NCBI RefSeq assembly: GCF_004010195.1 | Contig: NC_057718.1 | Coordinates: 39,415,143 to 39,473,663, forward strand | From: Chiloscyllium plagiosum | Lineage: Eukaryota | Reading direction: 5' to 3' | Length of the DNA stretch: 58,521 nucleotides | Shown here: in pieces, positions 53,242 to 58,521 of the stretch | How positions within the stretch are numbered: position 1 is the first letter of the stretch | Layout: the number at the start of each line of letters is the position of its first letter | Notes under the pieces: generated by a model | What the model was told of the DNA's origin: nothing | The model's database searches: none | Seen by the model: only the letters and a program-made list of their open reading frames with translations | Made by a program: the position numbers and the translations under genes

Positions 53242-54416
53242 CGTCATGACGAGGATAATTCAAAACCTGATCCCTTCCCTTGTGGATACCCTTCCCCGAG
53301 ACTCAAATGAATTTTTGTTTCAAAAGGAGTTAGTTTAACTAGGGTTTCTTGAGTTAACGAAGCATAAGTTTATTAATTACTAAATACAATTAATAACATT
53401 ACATATAACACATAGATTAAAAATAGACAAAAAGATAAACTTTTGAAAAGCAGACATACAGACCATTCTCTGAGTTAAAAATCACACAACACCTGGTTAT
53501 AGTCCAACAGGTTTAATTGGAAGCACACTAGCTTTCACCTGATGAAGGAGCGTCGCTCCGAAAGCTAGTGTGCTTCCAATTAAACCTGTTGAACTATAAC
53601 CTGGCGTTGTGAGATTTTTAACTTTGTACACCCCAGTCCAACACTGGCATCTCCAAACCATTCTCTGAGTTGCTTGCAAAGAATGGATGGACAAATGTTG
53701 CACCCATTGCTTTGGAGATTACTGGTAGCGTTGATCTTGGGAGGTGAATAGTCGATTCTAAAGTTCTTACTTTTGCAAATTAGTTGAGATTCTGTTCTTG
53801 TCATTTCTTTTGACTGTGACTGAATTCGAGTATTCAGGGCATGAGACAGTGCTTTTGTTGCCCTATTTCTTTTTGTCTTGTGTGGTAGCTAGCTGACTTC
53901 TATCAGAGTCTTCTTATACCTTCAATGTAAGAGTGACTAGGGGATAATGTTTTCACTCGGACCTTAGTAGTGCACTAGTGTTCAAATGCAGGCTAATACA
54001 CACCATTCTCATAGTTTGCCACCACATACAAGTGTATTCAGTTCCACTAGCAGAATCCAGTAGAGTTGAAACCGTTTTTTGAACCCTGTCCTTGTGTATT
54101 CTCCAAAGTAAAAAACATAAAATGTGATTGCAGTTTGGGACATTATCCGGGGGGTGGGGGGGTGTTGTCAGCCTTTTGTTATCTATGTATCACAAGAAAT
54201 AACAATCTAGTCTGTTTTGACTTAGTTGCCCCTTTTAAGGGTTGTTGTTTAAAATTCACTTAACATCTTTAGGTATGACATTCTATGGATCACTCTGTCT
54301 CCAGACAACCACGTAATATATCCATAGCCATTTTTACTCTCTCTTGGAAACACATTTTGGAAAGATAAGTTCAAAATGTTCTTAGCACTCTGGAGCTCTG
54401 ATCCATGATCATGACA
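53242..54416 (-). mobile_element. Possible solo LTR hosting a family B insertion
   Basis: Terminal inverted (c)gtcatga...tcatgaca and a polyA signal on minus (tttatt ~53369); no TSD seen. Confidence 0.35.
53477..53656 (+). mobile_element. Family B fold-back hammerhead element, TSD up to 15 bp
   Basis: accattctctgagtt at 53462-53476 and 53657-53671; junction tagctttc/cacctgatga sharing one c. Confidence 0.9.
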
Positions 54417-54499
54417 CATAAAGTAAAGGTATTGCTAGGAGACAACAATATCAGAAATTCAGGGTACATTGGATGGCACTAATCAGTGCTTCATGTTGT

Positions 54500-54965
54500 T
54501 AAGTTGCAGATCCTTATTTTCTGAGTCAAAAATTATGGGTTTAAGTCTCAGTCCACAAACTAAAACATATAACGCAAGCTTGGACTTTATTGCAGTCTTG
54601 AGGGAGTTCTACACCACTGGACTTACTGTCTTTCTGATGAGATGGCAAAGTGCAGTTTCACCTTTCCTGGCAGACATTTTAAAATTCCCATGATACTAAT
54701 TGAAGAAGAGCTGGGAAGAGTGATTCCTGATGAAGGGCTTTTGCCTGAAACGTCGATTTCGAAGCTCCTTGGATGCTGCCTGAACTGCTGTGCTCTTCCA
54801 GTACCACTAATCCAGAGTCCTTTACAATATCCTGACCATCATTTTAACATTCCCCAAAAGTATAAAAAAGACTACATTTCAAAAGTAATTCCTTTGCTAT
54901 GAAGCATTTTGCAAATTCCTGAGGTTACAAAAGGCCCATGAAGAGTGCAATTTCTTTCTTTCTTT
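54500..54965 (+). mobile_element. Deu-domain SINE (SacSINE1/AmnSINE1-like) with an L2-type tail
   Basis: gagggagtt...gtctttctgatgagat...aaaattcccatgatactaattgaagaagagc...cctgagg..aaaggc..tgcaatttctttcttt. Confidence 0.65.
54722..54815 (+). mobile_element. Family D element beginning with a near-intact hammerhead, inserted in the Deu-SINE
   Basis: 54722-54759 reads GAUUC-CUGAUGA-A-GGGC-UUUU-GCCU-GAAA-CG-UC-GAUUU. Confidence 0.8.
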
Positions 54966-55139
54966 AACATGACCCGAAATATTAAAATGGACACGTGGAT
55001 ATTTGGCACACAAGCATTGATTCAAAGCAAACTTCTTGGATGTTTGTACACTTTTACAGAAAGTGTCTCTAAACTGGGTGAGAGACTATGGTGTACATGA
55101 GGATGGTTCAGGGATGAAGGAAGAGGCCTCATGGAGTCT

Positions 55140-55320
55140 TGAATATGGCACTGGAGATGCTGATGGCAGAGATACAGAGATTCTGTTTCTGGAGATGGAA
55201 GGAGGTCTCTGAGACAAATAATATGGTGATGTGGGAGGAGATCATGAAGAACATCACAATCAGCAGCCATGCATCCAGAACGGCACTCCAGTGCTGCAAG
55301 AAATAATCAATTTAACATGG
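55140..55320 (+). mobile_element. Decayed Myb/SANT-like Harbinger accessory ORF fragment
   Basis: ALEMLMAEI...MWEEIMKNITISSHASRTALQCCKK resembles the W..IA....RT..QC.KK trihelix motif. Confidence 0.55.
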
Positions 55321-55429
55321 AAAATCAAAGGAAGATCTCAACTTATAAACAGACTTTTCAATAACTCACTACAATCAGCATCACTGTTATGATGGCACCT
55401 TGCCTTTAAAAGAGATCATCTTTAATGCG

Positions 55430-57545
55430 CTGCGTGCAAAGGCGGATTTAACTCATTTGAGAAAAGCAAGTGATCAATTAATTTGGAAGACCAGTATGGA
55501 ATAGTTCGGGACAAATTATGTTTAACCAGCTAGATTTTTTCATTAACAATGACAGAAAGAGTTGATGAGGGTAATACTGTTGACATGGTATATATAAACT
55601 TTAAAGGGCATTAATAAAGCACAATATAACAGACGTGTAAGCAAAGTTAAAGCTTGTGGAATAAAAGGGACAAAAGAAACATGAATATGAAATTGTCTGA
55701 AGGACAGGAAATATTTTTCTGACTGGATGGAATAGTGTTGTAGTCCTGCTTGTCCTGATATGTATGCTGGGAAGAATATTTCCCATAATGCTGTTAAACT
55801 GATGGGCCTCAGTTAATAGCACTCTTCTGAAAAATGGTAGAACACCTGCAATTCTTTAGTTCTTTGGTATCATCCCTGAATTTAAGGAAGAGAGGGTGCC
55901 AAGTGGACAGGGTTAGTGTGGCTTGATAGAGTGCCAGGCAAGAAAGGGTGTCAAGTGAGTTGGATGCTAGATAGGTAGATTCCCAGACTGAAGGAGGCAA
56001 AGAGATCATATGTGACACTAAACTGGGTGGTAGTATGTGCTGTGAAGAGGATGCTAATAGGCTGTAGGGTGACTTGGGCAGACTGGCCGAGTGGCTAAAT
56101 ACTTGGCCAATGCAATATAATGTGGATAAATGTGAGGATATCCAGTTTTGTCACAAAAACAAGAAGGCAGATTATTATTTGAATGGCTGTGGTTTAGGAA
56201 AAGGTGAGGTGCAACAAGACCTGGGTGTTATGGTGGAACAGTTGCTGAAGTTTGGCAGCAGGTAGTGAGGAAACCTAATGGCCTGCTGACCTTCATAACG
56301 AGAGGTTTTGAGTATCGGAGTAAGGATGTCTTGCTGCAGTTATACAGGGCCTTGGTGAGGCTACACCTTGAGCATTATGTGCATTTGGTCTCCTAGTCTG
56401 AGGAAGGACACTCTTGCTTGAGGCAGTCCAGCGAAGGTTCATCAGTATAATTCCCAGGATGGCAGGACTGACATATGAGGATAGATTGGTTCAACTGGGC
56501 TTGTATTTGCTGAAATTTAGAAGAGTGAAGGGGGATCTCATAGAAACATACAAAATCCTGACAGACTGCACAGGTTAGATGTGGAAAGAATGTTCCCGGT
56601 ATTGGGGAATTCCAGAACTAGGGGTAACAGTCTAAGACTAAGGATTAAGCTTATGAGGAAGAATTTCTTCCCTCAGAGAGCTGTAGAATTCTCTCCTGTT
56701 AGGACCAGTTCATTAAATATATTCAAGAGAGAGCTGTACATGGCCCTTGCATTTAAAGGAATCAAGGAGTATGGGGACAGGACAGGAATGGGATACTGAG
56801 ATTGCATCATCAGCCATGAACGTATTGAATGGTGGTGCAGTCTCGAAGGGCCAAATTGCCTCCTCCAGCACCTATTTTCTATGTTTCTATATGATTAAAT
56901 ATATTGGATGTCAGGGTGGGTGGGGAAATTGGGTCTATCAGGGCAAGGTTAGCAGTGGTGTCGGGGGCTAGCAAATGGGGGTGGTGGGACAGGGGAGACA
57001 ACCAGGTCCAGATTGGAGGCTAGGTTATGACTCAGTGGCAGGGGTGAAGATCAGGTCCATATTATGAGAAAGGGGAGCAGATCCAGAACAAAGGGGAGTA
57101 ATGAATGTGGACCAGTGCAAGGGTGTTGGGTCTTGGGAGGAGAAAAGGGAATATCAGATCAGGATCTGGGATATTGGATAGATATTGGGGGTGTGTGAGG
57201 TAGGTATTGTGTCATGTATGTATAGAATAGGCTCAGATTATGTATTTAATAGTCAGATTATATATTTAATAATTCTAACTTTTTCTGAGTAATCATTTAC
57301 TTATTTTTACTGGAACTCTCCAAACCCTCTGATTTAAATGGATACACAGAGAATGGTAAGGGCATGGAATGCCCTACCTGCTAAGGTAGTCAACTCAGCC
57401 ACATTAGGGAGATTTAAACAATCCTTAGGTAAGCTCATGGATGATTTTGGGATAGTGTAGGGGGACAAGCTGAGAAAAGTCCACAGGTCGGCGCAACATC
57501 AAGGGCCGAAGGGACTGTTCTGCACTGTATTGTTCTATTCTATCT
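55430..57545 (+). mobile_element. CR1 fragments (~55430-55715, ~56015-56892, ~57345-57545)
   Basis: ORFs 56074..56265 and 56581..56799 are CR1 RT and C-terminus, with typical 3' tails. Confidence 0.8.
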
Positions 57546-57869
57546 ATTTACTTTTGTGTGTAGAGGAATTGCCCAGCAGGATCTTTAATTTTCCAGAGCA
57601 ATTATTTCAGAGTCTGTTGAGATGGGGATTCCATAGGGTCCTCATGCACAACTCCCATCTCCACTGGAATAATGACTGTCTGGCCATTGGAAAATCCAGG
57701 TTGATACCTGCAGCTTTTGTGTTGCTTGTGTAGATTTCAGTATCAGTAGAAGATTGGTGGTGATTCTAGACTGTAGATACATGAAAATATCAACAACTAA
57801 TAAGACCAACTAATATCAAGGTCCAAGGTCCAGGAACACAGACCTTCAGTTTTGTGAGAAAATCACGAG

Positions 57870-58027
57870 GAGAAAGTGAGGTCTGCAGATGCTGGAGATC
57901 AAAGTTGAAACTTTATTGCTGGAACAGCACAGCAAGTCAGGCAGCATCCAGGGAACAGGAGATTCGACGTTTCGGGCACAGGCCCTTCTTCAGGCCCTCA
58001 TTCCTGTTCCAGCAATAAAGTTTCAAC
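57870..58027 (-). mobile_element. Young family D hammerhead element with a 24-nt inverted arm
   Basis: Hammerhead core on minus at 57961-57993; 58004-58027 is the exact reverse complement of 57904-57927. Confidence 0.88.
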
Positions 58028-58029
58028 GA

Positions 58030-58521
58030 CCAATGATGTTCCACAGGGATCAGTGCTGGGGCCATTGTTGCTTGTAATTTACACAAATGATCTGGAAGAG
58101 GGCATTGTTGGCCTGGTCAGTGAATTTGCAGATGACACGAAGATTGGTGGAGTAGCAGTAAGCCTAGTGGACTGTCAAAGAATACAGGAGAATATAGATA
58201 GTCTGGAGAGTTGGGCGCAGAAGTGGCAGATGGAGTTCAATCTAGGCAAATGTGAGGTGATGCATTTTGGCAAGTCTAATTTTAGAGCAAACTATGCTGT
58301 AAACAAAGAGTCTTGGGAAAAGTTGATGAGCAGAGAGATCTTGGAGTTCAGGTCCATTGCACCCTGAAGGTGTCTGCCCAGGTGGATACAGTGGTCAACA
58401 AGGCTTCGGGTATGCTTGCCTTCATTGGACGGGGTATTGAGGAAAAGAGCTGGCAGGTCATGTTAAAATTGTACAAGACATTGGTTCGGCGGCATTTAGA
58501 ATACTGTGTACAGTTCTGGTC
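58030..58521 (+). mobile_element. CR1 RT region running off the window end
   Basis: ORF 58053..58367: LGPLLLVIYTNDL...FADDTKIGG...WAQKWQMEFNLGKCEVMHFG. Confidence 0.92.

Noticed and set aside
56900..57230. G-rich, purine-skewed stretch
   Set aside because: Low complexity with no periodicity, ORF or recognisable boundary; probably a repeat interior.

Overview
This is eukaryotic, AT-rich vertebrate DNA, most likely a shark or other cartilaginous fish (inferred from HE1-type V-SINEs, abundant CR1 LINEs and Deu-domain SINEs). The only host gene I can support is KCNH1 (EAG1/Kv10.1) on the minus strand. Coding exon 1 (20224-20152) lies in a CpG island, an 18-kb intron 1 follows, and exon 2 (2074-1951) encodes PAS-domain sequence; the ORF track misses both exons. 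The ~38 kb upstream is intergenic and rich in repeats: CR1, L2 and RTE LINEs, SINEs, decayed PIF/Harbinger transposase and Myb/SANT remnants, and a Gmr1-type Gypsy element with PR-IN-RT-RH order. The most striking signal is a Penelope-like (GIY-YIG) element end plus about 12 short non-coding insertions from three more families. Each family carries a minimal type I hammerhead ribozyme whose stems covary between families (individual copies are intact, partial or decayed). Many copies have 12-15 bp target-site duplications and fold-back arms that often break at the ribozyme, and one has captured a 99-nt inverted copy of nearby intron DNA. Repeat boundaries are approximate unless a TSD is given, and all calls are by eye with no database search.
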